A stretch of 64,000 nt of DNA, taken from NCBI GenBank assembly GCA_963422755.1, contig OY730488.1, one strand, 5' to 3'. Positions 40,843 to 50,365 of this stretch are shown here, piece by piece. Made by a program: the position numbers and the translations under genes. Every line of letters starts with the position of its first letter. Positions within the stretch are counted from its first letter, which is position 1. A model generated the notes under the pieces. It saw only the letters and a program-made list of their open reading frames with translations. It did not search any database and was not told the DNA's origin. Source of the stretch: Dehalococcoidia bacterium. GTDB lineage: Bacteria > Chloroflexota > Dehalococcoidia > Bin125.

Positions 40843-42570
40843 ATGGCGCATCGCAATGACTGGCATCGCATTCGACGACAGAAACTGTCTCGACGCAGAG
40901 TGCTGCAGGCCAGCGGCCGAGCTGGCCTCGGCGCAGCGGGCATCGCGCTCGTCGGCTGCGGCGACGATGACGACGACGCGCAGCCGCAGACACAGGAACA
41001 GGCGGCGCAGGCTCAACAGCAGCAAGCGCAGACTCAAACGGCTGCACAGCCACAACAGCAGGAGCAGCAACAGGTCGTGGCCAGCGCTCAACCAGCCGGG
41101 CGCCCCCGTGGCGGCACGCTGCGAGCGGGCTGGGCGGGCAGCTCGCCAGCGACCCATCAAGCGCCGTACGGCGCGACCCCTGAGACGATCTTCTACCCCG
41201 CGCTGTGGGACACGCTGACCAAATACAGTGCAACCGGGCTCGATCCGCAGCCACACCTGGCCGAGAGCTGGGAGTTCAACGACGACCAGACGATGATCCA
41301 GATCAAGCTGCGGCCAGGGTTGGAGTTCCATGACGGCAAGCCGATGACGGCCGAGGAGATCAAGAAGAGTCTGGAGCGAATGGACGACGAGGACGTTCAG
41401 AACAGCCAGGTGCGGAGCATCTATAACAAGTACGTGAGCCAGGCGACGGCGATCGACCAGACCACGCTGCAACTCGATCTCGCGTGGCCCGGCACGGTGA
41501 TCTTCGATGTGTTGAACTGGGCCCAGATTCACGATGCCGACAACATCGCCGAACTCGACGGCTACACCCGAGTGAACGGCAGCGGACCGTTCAAGTTCGA
41601 TGTCGACGCCTACGAGGTCGACGTGTTTGCGCGCGCCGAGCGGTTTGAAAACTTCTACGACCCAGCGTCGCTGGACGCGATCGAGTGGAACATCTTCCAG
41701 GACGCGGAATCAATGGCCCTGGCGTTGCAGAATGGCGAGCTGGACATCACCCACCACTTGCCCAAGGCCTGGCACCAGGGCTTCACTGAGGATGACAGCT
41801 TCGGCCTGCAGCTGGCCCCGCCATCGGGATCGATCTGGGTGCTAGGCATGGTTGGCGAAGGCCGCGGCGGCGGTCACCCCATGATGGACAATCCTACGGT
41901 GCGGCAGGCGATCTACCACACGATCGACCGCGAGCGGATCGTGGCCGAGATTTTCGAGGGACTGTCGGAGACGAAGAATGTGCTCTGGCCGTCGTTCTCG
42001 CCCGCCTACGACGGGGACGCGGATTACCAGTACTTCGACCTCGATGAGGCGAAACGCCTGATCGCGGAAGCCGGCTACCCGGACGGCACGCCGGAGATCG
42101 AAATCGCTTGCAGCGCCGGCTCGGACGAAGCCCTGTCGATTGCCCAGATTGTTCAGCAGGACGCGGCCCAGGCAGGCATCAACCTGGCACCGAAGTCAGT
42201 TGAGAACGCGGCCTGGATCGAGCGATTCCTCGGCGGCACCCACCCCGGTGCCTATCTGTCGTTCTACGGCTTCTATGCGATGCATCCGCAGTCGCTGCCG
42301 GTGATGAACTATCAGATGCGCATCCCGAACTCCTGCGCGTACGAGACACCGCGCTACCAGGCGATGATCGACGGCTGGCCCACAGCCGATACGGAGTCCA
42401 AGCGCCAGCAGCTGATGGACGACTTCAACCAGATTCTGGCCGAAGAACCGTGGGTGGCGCCGGTCTGTACGACGGTGCAGATCTGGGCCTACACCTCGCG
42501 CCTCAAAGGACTGTGGTACGACGTGCTGGGCATCCCGCGACTGCATCACCTCTACTTCGAAGATGCCTAG
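40843..42570 (+). CDS. ABC transporter substrate-binding lipoprotein (family 5), a paralog of the previous gene
   Basis: Same architecture (SRRRVLQAS Tat motif, LVGCGDDDDD, Q-rich linker). The two share many blocks (HLAESWEFNDDQ..., QIHD..., VMN(F/Y)QMRIPNSCAY). Confidence 0.85.
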   Translation: MAHRNDWHRIRRQKLSRRRVLQASGRAGLGAAGIALVGCGDDDDDAQPQTQEQAAQAQQQQAQTQTAAQPQQQEQQQVVASAQPAGRPRGGTLRAGWAGSSPATHQAPYGATPETIFYPALWDTLTKYSATGLDPQPHLAESWEFNDDQTMIQIKLRPGLEFHDGKPMTAEEIKKSLERMDDEDVQNSQVRSIYNKYVSQATAIDQTTLQLDLAWPGTVIFDVLNWAQIHDADNIAELDGYTRVNGSGPFKFDVDAYEVDVFARAERFENFYDPASLDAIEWNIFQDAESMALALQNGELDITHHLPKAWHQGFTEDDSFGLQLAPPSGSIWVLGMVGEGRGGGHPMMDNPTVRQAIYHTIDRERIVAEIFEGLSETKNVLWPSFSPAYDGDADYQYFDLDEAKRLIAEAGYPDGTPEIEIACSAGSDEALSIAQIVQQDAAQAGINLAPKSVENAAWIERFLGGTHPGAYLSFYGFYAMHPQSLPVMNYQMRIPNSCAYETPRYQAMIDGWPTADTESKRQQLMDDFNQILAEEPWVAPVCTTVQIWAYTSRLKGLWYDVLGIPRLHHLYFEDA

Positions 42571-42679
42571 GACTGGACAAGGCTGGCCGTGGGGCCGGCT
42601 GCGGGACCGGCGAGAGCTCAGCTCGGCCCATTCGGGAGGGTATCTGGCGGCAACGATCGAACGCAGAGGCTGGTAAGTC

Positions 42680-43636
42680 GTGGGGCGATACCTGATTCGG
42701 CGCTTCTTTGAGGGGATGCTGGTCATTTTCCTGGCCAGCATCGTGATCTTCCTGATCATCCGCCTGATCCCCGGCGACCCGGCGCAGCAGCTCGCCGGCG
42801 AGGATGCGACCCCCGAAGATGTCGCGCGGATCCGTGAGGACCTCGGACTCAACGATCCGTTCCTGACTCAGTACGGCAACTGGGTCAGCGGTGTCGTCCA
42901 GCTGGATTTCGGCAAGTCCTTCACCAAACGCGTACCAGTCCGTGAGCTGATCGCGCAGTCGTTCCCGCCGACGATCGAGCTAGCTGTCGCGGCGTATTTG
43001 TTCGCCCTGCTCATCGGTGTACCGCTGGGAGTGGCCGCCGCGGTCTGGGCAAAGAAACCGCCCGACTACGGCGTGAGCGTGTTTAACCTCCTCACGCTCG
43101 GCATTCCCAACTTCGTACTGGGGATTCTCCTGCTGTGGATCTTCGCCGTGGAGCTGGACCTGTTCCCGGTCTCGGGGCGGGTTAGCATCTTCGACGACTT
43201 CGTTGCGGGAGTGCACAGGCTCGTCTTGCCGACGATTGCGGCGGGCTCGGTCACCGCGGCCGTCCTGGCGCGCTTCGTGCGGACGTCGGTGGCGGAGGCG
43301 CTGGCCCAGGACTACGTGCGCACGGCCCATGCCAAGGGCCTGCAGGCACGCAAGGTGGTACTGAACCACGCCCTCCGCAATGCGTTGATTCCGATCGTGA
43401 CGATCGCCGCGCTACAGATCGGCAACCTCCTGGCGGGTGCGATCGTGGTGGAGATCGTCTTCACCCGCCCCGGCTTCGGGTTCTTGATCATTGACGGCAT
43501 CAATGGACGGGATTACTTGCTGATCCAGGCGATGCTGGCGATTCTCGTCTTCCTCTTCGTCGCCGCCAACACCTTGGCGGATATCACCTACGGCTATCTC
43601 GACCCGCGCATTCGCGTCTCTGGATTGGCGGGCTGA
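42680..43636 (+). CDS. ABC transporter permease (DppB/OppB-like)
   Basis: BPD_transp_1 family. Opens MGRYLIRRFFEGMLVIFLASIVIFLIIRLIPGDP and carries the EAA-type loop. Confidence 0.85.
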   Translation: MGRYLIRRFFEGMLVIFLASIVIFLIIRLIPGDPAQQLAGEDATPEDVARIREDLGLNDPFLTQYGNWVSGVVQLDFGKSFTKRVPVRELIAQSFPPTIELAVAAYLFALLIGVPLGVAAAVWAKKPPDYGVSVFNLLTLGIPNFVLGILLLWIFAVELDLFPVSGRVSIFDDFVAGVHRLVLPTIAAGSVTAAVLARFVRTSVAEALAQDYVRTAHAKGLQARKVVLNHALRNALIPIVTIAALQIGNLLAGAIVVEIVFTRPGFGFLIIDGINGRDYLLIQAMLAILVFLFVAANTLADITYGYLDPRIRVSGLAG

Positions 43637-43638
43637 AG

Positions 43639-44556
43639 GTGGCGCGCCTGCGAGCCGAATCCCAGTACGCGCCGCCAGTCAACCAAGCGTGGCTGCGGCG
43701 CATGCGCGATCAGTCGCTCACCGTCGACGCGCTCTACCGCACTGCCACTAATCCACAGGGCGCCATCGGCATCGTGGTCTTTGGCGGACTGATCCTGATC
43801 GCCATCTTCGCCGACATCATCGCGCCGTACGGAGAAGCGGAGCAGATTCGCGGCTCGCGTCTGCTGGCTCCGTCGGGTGAGTACTGGTTCGGTACCGACG
43901 ACCTCTCGCGCGATATCTTCAGCCGCGTCCTCTTCGGGCTGCGCATCTCGCTGTATGTGTCGCTGGCGGGCGTGCTGGGCGGGGGATTGGTGGGAATCAC
44001 GATTGGATTCATTTCCGGCTACGCGGGCGGCTGGGTCGAGGCAGTGCTGATGCGGCTCGTCGACACCCTGCTGGCCTTTCCGTTCCTCTTGCTGGGCATC
44101 GCGGTACTGGCGATCCTGGGCACGGGCACGTCGCAGGTCGCTCTGGCGCTGGGGATCGCAAATATCCCCGTGTTCGCCCGCATCGCCCGAGCCCAGCTGC
44201 TGACCGAGAAGGAGCGCGATTATGTCCTCGCCGCCCGCTGCCTGGGCGCGACCCCAGGTCGGATCATCAGCCGACACATCGCGACCAACGCGCTGCCTCC
44301 CTTGTTAGTACAGGCCGCCCTGGCCATGGCCTTCGCGGTCATCGCCGAGGCCACGCTCAGCTTCCTCGGACTGGGCGCCTCGCCGCCCACGCCAACCTTG
44401 GGGATCATCCTGAGCGACGGTCGGCGATGGCTGTTCGCCGGGCATTGGTGGTTCGTGCTCTTCCCAACGCTCGGACTCACCCTCATCCTCTTGTCGCTCA
44501 ACTTCCTCGCCGACTCGGTCGTCGAGGCGATCGATCCGCACCGGCGGCATCGCTGA
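43639..44556 (+). CDS. ABC transporter permease (DppC/OppC-like)
   Basis: BPD_transp_1 family. Has an N-terminal OppC_N-like segment and an EAA loop (AARCLGATPGRIISRHI). Confidence 0.85.
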   Translation: MARLRAESQYAPPVNQAWLRRMRDQSLTVDALYRTATNPQGAIGIVVFGGLILIAIFADIIAPYGEAEQIRGSRLLAPSGEYWFGTDDLSRDIFSRVLFGLRISLYVSLAGVLGGGLVGITIGFISGYAGGWVEAVLMRLVDTLLAFPFLLLGIAVLAILGTGTSQVALALGIANIPVFARIARAQLLTEKERDYVLAARCLGATPGRIISRHIATNALPPLLVQAALAMAFAVIAEATLSFLGLGASPPTPTLGIILSDGRRWLFAGHWWFVLFPTLGLTLILLSLNFLADSVVEAIDPHRRHR

Positions 44557-44610
44557 CGCTGATTGCGGCAGCTACTGCCGGCGTCTTCAAACCTGACGGT
44601 CGCGGTCCTG

Positions 44611-46884
44611 TTACTGCCGAGCCATCGAACGGCGCTGTGATTCGAGCGCAGCCTGGAATGCGGCGTCGCCGGCGAACGGCGTGACATCGATCTCCACGCT
44701 CGCAATATCGCCTTCGAACTCGAACGGCGGGTCGTAGCGATCGCCCACTGGTGAGCGCCGATCGGCACCGATGTCACACTCGCCGTGCGCAAAGAGGACG
44801 CGCTGTTGCAGCGTGCCGACCTGCCCAACCGCGACGCGCTCACCATCGACGGACAGCTCCACTGCTGCGGGCCCTTTGACCGACTCGCAGCGGAACGACA
44901 CAGCGACCACGCACACGCCCGCCGGTAACGGCTGGTCGGACTGGATCCGTGACCAGTCGTCGTAGGCGTGATAGTCGAAGTGCAACCGGTTGCGCTGGAT
45001 GTAGAGTGTGAGGCCAGTCATGACCGAGCCGCGGTTGAAGATCACACCTTGCTGATCCTGTGATGAGCGAGAGATGGAGGCGCGCAGCGTCCAGCTGCCC
45101 AGATCGAGCGCCGGCGATGTTTCGACTGGCATGTGCGCGATCGGTGGGATGTAGCGGTAGCGCAAGCCTGCATGCGGCGCACCGGGACGCTGCGACGGCT
45201 GATTGATTTCCAGCGTGCGATCGTCGAGCGGCAGGACGCCATGACGCCCCGCCTCAATCCACCAGCGATCGATCAAGGCGCGCAATCGATCAGGCTCCGC
45301 TGCGGCAAGGTTGTTGGTCTCCGAGAAGTCGGTGTCGACGTGGTACAGCTCCCACTCATCGTCCGACCAGTCGCTGCCGCGTCGATGCCAGGTGACCGCC
45401 TTCCATCCGTCGACCCAGATCCCGCGATGGCCGAGCATCTCGAAGTATTGCGCTGACTTGGGCGTCGGCGCGTCCGGGTCCTCGAAGGCGTACGCGAAGC
45501 TCGTCCCAGCGATCGGCAGCTGCTCATGTCCGCGGTAACGCGTGGGCGGTTCAGCGCCAACGGACCCTAACACGGTCGGCAGCACATCGGAGACATGGTG
45601 GAACTGACGGCGGATGCCGCCGCACTTGCCGATCCCCTCGGGCCAGTGCGCGATCAGCGGCACGCGGACGCCACCGCCGTGCGTGTTCTGCTTGTACCAG
45701 CGCAGCGGCGTGTTCCCCGCCTGCGCCCAACCCCATGGATAGTTCGACGCCGAGCGCGGCCCACCGATCTCGTGCAGCCGTGACTGCACCTCTGCAAGAT
45801 CGTCGAGCGGTCTGAACACGCGCGGCTCGTCCGAGACGCCCTGCGGGCCGCCTTCCTGGGAAGCGCCGTTGTCTGCGAGCAGCAGGATCAGCGTGTTGTC
45901 GAGTTGACCTGACGCCTCGAGATAGTCGAAGAGGCGTCCCAGCTGCGCGTCGGTGTGCTCGAGGAACCCAGCGAATGCCTCCTGCAGCGCCAGAGCGAAG
46001 CGACGCTGGTGCTCCGACATCTCCGCCCACGCCGAAACGCCGCGATTCCGCGGGGCCAGCTCGGTGCCCTCGGGCACGATGCCCATCTCCAGCTGACGCG
46101 CGAACCATTCCTCGCGGACAGTATCCCAACCCTGCTCGAACCGCCCGCGATAGCGATCGATGTACTCCTGCGGCGCTTGATGCGGCGCGTGCGTCGCGCC
46201 CAACCCGACATAGAGGAAGAATGGCTGCTCCGAATAGACCGACTGATGATCGCGCAGATAGCTGGTCGCCTGATCGATCAGGTCTTCGGTTAGGTGATAG
46301 CCGTCCTCCGGCCGCGCCGGTGGTTCGATCAGGTGATTATCTCGAACGAGTTCGGGATAAAACTGGTCGGTTTCGCCGGAGAGGAACCCGTAGAAGCGAT
46401 CGAAGCCACGCTGCAATGGCCAGTCGTGGAACGGTCCCGCCTGCCCCACCGAGTCGACCGGCGCCAGGTGCCACTTGCCAACCATGAACGTGGCGTAGTC
46501 CTCGTCGGAGAGCAGTTCCGCGATCGTCGCGGCGCTGCGCGGGATGCTGCCGCGCATGTGGGGGAAGCCGGAATCGAACTGGGTGACGGCGCGTATGCCG
46601 ACCGTGTGGTGGTTGCGGCCGGTCAGCAGCGCCGCCCGCGTCGGCGAACACAGCGGCGTCACATGGAAGTTCGTAAAGCGCAGTCCGTTGGCCGCCAGAT
46701 GATTGATCCGCGGTGTCGCGATCGTGGAGCCGTAGCAATTGAGATGCGCGAAGCCCAGATCGTCGAAGAGGATGATCAGGACATTGGGACGATCCTGCGG
46801 CGCGGTCGGCAACGGCGGCCACCATGGCTCGGAATCGCGAAACGTGCGGCCAATACGACCAGCAAAATCCTCGTTGACTGACAT
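44611..46884 (-). CDS. arylsulfatase with an extra C-terminal domain of about 230 aa
   Basis: The sulfatase signature CSPTRAALLTGR (C/S-x-P-x-R, the FGE target site) is present. From the ATG at 46884 (MSVNEDFAGRIGRTF) the protein is about 757 aa. Confidence 0.85.
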   Translation of the reverse strand: MSVNEDFAGRIGRTFRDSEPWWPPLPTAPQDRPNVLIILFDDLGFAHLNCYGSTIATPRINHLAANGLRFTNFHVTPLCSPTRAALLTGRNHHTVGIRAVTQFDSGFPHMRGSIPRSAATIAELLSDEDYATFMVGKWHLAPVDSVGQAGPFHDWPLQRGFDRFYGFLSGETDQFYPELVRDNHLIEPPARPEDGYHLTEDLIDQATSYLRDHQSVYSEQPFFLYVGLGATHAPHQAPQEYIDRYRGRFEQGWDTVREEWFARQLEMGIVPEGTELAPRNRGVSAWAEMSEHQRRFALALQEAFAGFLEHTDAQLGRLFDYLEASGQLDNTLILLLADNGASQEGGPQGVSDEPRVFRPLDDLAEVQSRLHEIGGPRSASNYPWGWAQAGNTPLRWYKQNTHGGGVRVPLIAHWPEGIGKCGGIRRQFHHVSDVLPTVLGSVGAEPPTRYRGHEQLPIAGTSFAYAFEDPDAPTPKSAQYFEMLGHRGIWVDGWKAVTWHRRGSDWSDDEWELYHVDTDFSETNNLAAAEPDRLRALIDRWWIEAGRHGVLPLDDRTLEINQPSQRPGAPHAGLRYRYIPPIAHMPVETSPALDLGSWTLRASISRSSQDQQGVIFNRGSVMTGLTLYIQRNRLHFDYHAYDDWSRIQSDQPLPAGVCVVAVSFRCESVKGPAAVELSVDGERVAVGQVGTLQQRVLFAHGECDIGADRRSPVGDRYDPPFEFEGDIASVEIDVTPFAGDAAFQAALESQRRSMARQ

Positions 46885-46895
46885 GGCAATCTCCC

Positions 46896-47747
46896 TCAAG
46901 CGCTCCCGCAATCGATGCTGCGCACACAGCGGAAGCCGGTGTTGCTGGTGGCGCTGTCCGGCGTCAGCGCCAACCGGGCGGCGGGGCGGTAGCGCAGGCA
47001 GTAGCTCTCGTGGCACAGGAAGCTGCCGCCCTTGAGTACCCGCAGGTCGCCATCCGGCGGTCCAACTGGATCCATCGCCTCGGTCTGATCGTGATAGACG
47101 TCGAACCAGTCTGCGCACCACTCCCAGACGTTGCCGGTGGTGTTGTACAGCCCGTATCCATTGGGCGGAAAGTGGTCGACGGGGCAGGTGCCGTACCAGC
47201 CGTCGTCCTGCAAGTTGTCAGTTGGGAACACACCCTGCCAGACATTCATCCGGTGTCGGCCGCCGGGCGTCAGCTCGTCGCCCCAGGGGAACGCGGCCGA
47301 CTCTAGTCCACCGCGCGCAGCACGCTCCCACTGCGCCTCGGTCGGCAGATTGAGGCCAGCCCACTGTGCGTAGGCGCTGGAGTCGTGCCAGCTCACCTGG
47401 ACGACGGGATGATTGAGTCGCTGCTCGATGCTGCTCTGTGGGCCTTCGGGCTGTCGCCATGAGGCGCCTTCGACTGCGCGCCACCAGGGTGCGTCGGCGG
47501 CAGCTTGGGTCGGCGGAAAGTCATCGGGCAACAGGCCAGCGAACACGAACGACCAACCGCTCCGCTCCGACTCGGTCCGATAGCCGGTCGCCGCAACGAA
47601 GGCGGCAAAGGCAGTGTTCGACACTGCGCAGCTGCTGATCGCGAAGGCCGACAGCGAGATCGTCCGCAGCGGCCCTTCGCCGTCGCCGGGATACGCGTAC
47701 CGATCAGTGGACCCCATGGTGAATGCGCCTGCCGGGATGACGCTCAT
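46896..47747 (-). CDS. formylglycine-generating enzyme (FGE/SUMF1 family)
   Basis: MSVIPAGAFTMGSTD...WHDSSAYAQWAGLNLPTEAQWERAARGG...GNVWEWCADWF are classic FGE blocks. An alternative upstream start lies at 47885. Confidence 0.8.
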   Translation of the reverse strand: MSVIPAGAFTMGSTDRYAYPGDGEGPLRTISLSAFAISSCAVSNTAFAAFVAATGYRTESERSGWSFVFAGLLPDDFPPTQAAADAPWWRAVEGASWRQPEGPQSSIEQRLNHPVVQVSWHDSSAYAQWAGLNLPTEAQWERAARGGLESAAFPWGDELTPGGRHRMNVWQGVFPTDNLQDDGWYGTCPVDHFPPNGYGLYNTTGNVWEWCADWFDVYHDQTEAMDPVGPPDGDLRVLKGGSFLCHESYCLRYRPAARLALTPDSATSNTGFRCVRSIDCGSA

Positions 47748-47902
47748 AGCCAGAGCTGCTCTTCCTCCGCCTTCGGCCTGCCCAGCTGTCGGAGATAAGG
47801 CAACGGGCGCCGCGGAGACATCGACGCTCGCCGAGCGCTGAACCTGGTCGACAGAGGGAGCGCAACAATCACTCATGATCAGCACTCATGGTCGGCCTGC
47901 GC

Positions 47903-50191
47903 TCACTGCTGCGCCATCAACTCCCGGAAGGCATTGCGAGCGGCCTCGTAGGCCGGTCCCGACTTCGGATACGGCGTCACCGCAATCTCCACTGCGTGAA
48001 TCAACCCCTGGAACTCGAACGGCGCTGTGTACGACTCTGTCACTGGCGACTTACGGTCAGCGCCGATATCGGCACCGCCTCGTGATCCGAATCCGCCCCG
48101 CACGAGGAACGGCACGTCGCCCTCGCCGACACGCTCGCCGTTCAGCCGCAGCGTTACGTGGCCAGGCGCAGACGGCGCTTCGCCGTCCATACTGACGCCC
48201 ACTGTGCAGCGACCGTCGGGCAGCTCGACGTTGGCAGCAATCTGGGTGACCGCTGTGAACGCGTTGTAGTCGAAGCGCAGCTGGTTGTCCTGGATGTAGA
48301 AGCTGAATCCACCCATATTCGAGCCACGCGCGAAGATCACGCCGTCGCCACGGACTTCCGCCACGGCGTCGCGCTCGATCTCCGCTTCCAGGGTCCATGC
48401 ACCCAGACCGATCGCAGGCGCGATCTCACCAGGAATGTGCGACACCGGCGGGGTGTAGCGATAGCGCAAGCCCTGGTGCGGTCCACCGGGTCGCTGCGAG
48501 GGACCGCCGAGCTGGAAGCTGCGATCGTCGAGTGGCAGCACACCGTAGCGGCCCGCCTCGACCCACCAGCGGTCGATCAATCGGCGTAGACGCTCCGGTT
48601 CCGCGTCGGCGAGGTTATGCGACTCCGAGAAGTCCTCGGCGACGTGGTACAGCTCCCATTCATCATCCGACCATGGGTCGTTCTTCTGGTGCCGCGTGAC
48701 AGCCTTCCAGCCGTCGACCCAGATGCCGCGGTGTCCCAGCATCTCGAAGTATTGAGCTTCCTTGGCCGTGTCGGCGTGTGGATCCTCAAACGCGTACGCG
48801 AAACTCGTGCCGCTGACGGGCATCTGTCGCTGACCGGCGTACTCCTCAGGCGCGGTGGCCTGCACCGATTCCAGGACAGTGGGCAAGACGTCGGAGACGT
48901 GGTGGAACTGTCGGCGGAAGCTGCCGCGATCGCTGATGCGGTCGGGCCAGTGGACGATCAGCGGCACGCGGACGCCGCCGCCGTGCGTGTTCTGCTTGTA
49001 CCACTTGAGCGGCGTGTTGCCGACCTGCGCCCAGCCCCACGGGTAGTTGGGCGAGCTTTTCGGGCTGCCGATCAGGTGCAGCCGCGACTGCGCCTCATCA
49101 ATATCGTCGAGCAGCGGCTGGCCGTAACGGGCGGAGTCGGAGACGCCCTGCGGCCCGCCTTCCTGCGAGGCGCCGTTGTCGGCCATCAGCATCAGAATCG
49201 TGTTGTCGAGCTGTCCCGACTCCTCCAGATATCCAACCAGCCGACCGATCTGCTCGTCGGTGTGTGTGAGGAAGCCGGCGAACGCCTCCTGGAACGTAGC
49301 GAGGAATCGTTTCTGGTTCGCTGAGTACTCGTCCCACGCTTTGACGCCGGTGTTGCGAGGCGCGAGTTCCGTGCCCTCTGGAATCACGCCCAGTTCGAGC
49401 TGCCGTGCGTACCATTCCCGGCGCACTTCGTCCCAGCCCTGATCGAACTGGCCGCGATACCGCTCGATGTAGTCCGCTGGGACCTGATGCGGTGAGTGCG
49501 TAGCGCCCGTGGCGAAGTAGAGGAAGAATGGCTGCCCTGGATAGACCGACTGGTGATCGCGCAGGAATGCGGTCGACTGATCGACCATATCTTCGGTGAA
49601 GTGATACCCCTCCTCGGGTGCGCGCGGCGGATCGATCAGGTGGTTGTCGTAGACCAGCTCGGGGTAGAACTGGTCCGTCTCGCCCGAGAGGAAGCCGTAG
49701 TAGCGATCGAACCCGCGTTGCAACGGCCAGTCGTGGAACGGTCCGGCCTGCGAACAGGTCTCGGACGGATTGAGGTGCCACTTGCCGACTGCGAACGTGG
49801 CGTAGTGCTCGTCGCGGAGGATCTCGGCCATCGTCGACGCATTGCGGCTCATCGCGCCGCGCATGTTCGGATAGCCAGAGTCATAGCTGGCAATCGACCG
49901 CATCCCCACCGAGTGGTGGTTGCGCCCCGTCAACAGCGAGGCGCGAGTCGGCGAGCAGAGCGCCGTAACGTGAAAGTTCGTGAAGCGCAGGCCGTTAGCC
50001 GCGAGCCGATCGATGTTCGGCGTGGCGATCGTCGAGCCGTAGCAGCCCAGGTGCGAGAATCCGGTGTCGTCGAAGAGGATGATGACGACGTTCGGCCGAT
50101 CCTGCGGCGCCGTTGGCAGCGGCGGCCACCACGGTTCGGAATCGCGGAACGTGCGCCCAATCACCCCGCCGAAGGCTTCATCCTGGGTCAT
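47903..50191 (-). CDS. arylsulfatase (paralog) with a C-terminal extension
   Basis: Close paralog of 44611-46884 with the same N-terminus (GRTFRDSEPWWPPLPTAPQDRPNV) and the same C/SxPxR motif. From the ATG at 50191 (MTQDEAFGGVIG) it is about 762 aa. Confidence 0.85.
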   Translation of the reverse strand: MTQDEAFGGVIGRTFRDSEPWWPPLPTAPQDRPNVVIILFDDTGFSHLGCYGSTIATPNIDRLAANGLRFTNFHVTALCSPTRASLLTGRNHHSVGMRSIASYDSGYPNMRGAMSRNASTMAEILRDEHYATFAVGKWHLNPSETCSQAGPFHDWPLQRGFDRYYGFLSGETDQFYPELVYDNHLIDPPRAPEEGYHFTEDMVDQSTAFLRDHQSVYPGQPFFLYFATGATHSPHQVPADYIERYRGQFDQGWDEVRREWYARQLELGVIPEGTELAPRNTGVKAWDEYSANQKRFLATFQEAFAGFLTHTDEQIGRLVGYLEESGQLDNTILMLMADNGASQEGGPQGVSDSARYGQPLLDDIDEAQSRLHLIGSPKSSPNYPWGWAQVGNTPLKWYKQNTHGGGVRVPLIVHWPDRISDRGSFRRQFHHVSDVLPTVLESVQATAPEEYAGQRQMPVSGTSFAYAFEDPHADTAKEAQYFEMLGHRGIWVDGWKAVTRHQKNDPWSDDEWELYHVAEDFSESHNLADAEPERLRRLIDRWWVEAGRYGVLPLDDRSFQLGGPSQRPGGPHQGLRYRYTPPVSHIPGEIAPAIGLGAWTLEAEIERDAVAEVRGDGVIFARGSNMGGFSFYIQDNQLRFDYNAFTAVTQIAANVELPDGRCTVGVSMDGEAPSAPGHVTLRLNGERVGEGDVPFLVRGGFGSRGGADIGADRKSPVTESYTAPFEFQGLIHAVEIAVTPYPKSGPAYEAARNAFRELMAQQ

Positions 50192-50365
50192 CGTCCACTC
50201 CCTGTCCGATCCAGATGCCTGTCGCACAAGATAGAGATGCCACAGCAGACTGTCGTCACAGGAGCGCTCGACGAGAGCTCAGCTGTGCGCCACGTGCACA
50301 CCAGGCTCGCTAGCATTCCTGCAATGACCGCCACAGGGCCGTGACTCTGCGACTCCGGAGGACAG

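Noticed and set aside
44611-47121. 836-aa version of sulfatase 1
   Set aside because: The first 79 residues are Arg-rich junk that overlaps the FGE gene. The conserved sulfatase N-terminus and a start with the same motif as its paralog begin at 46884.
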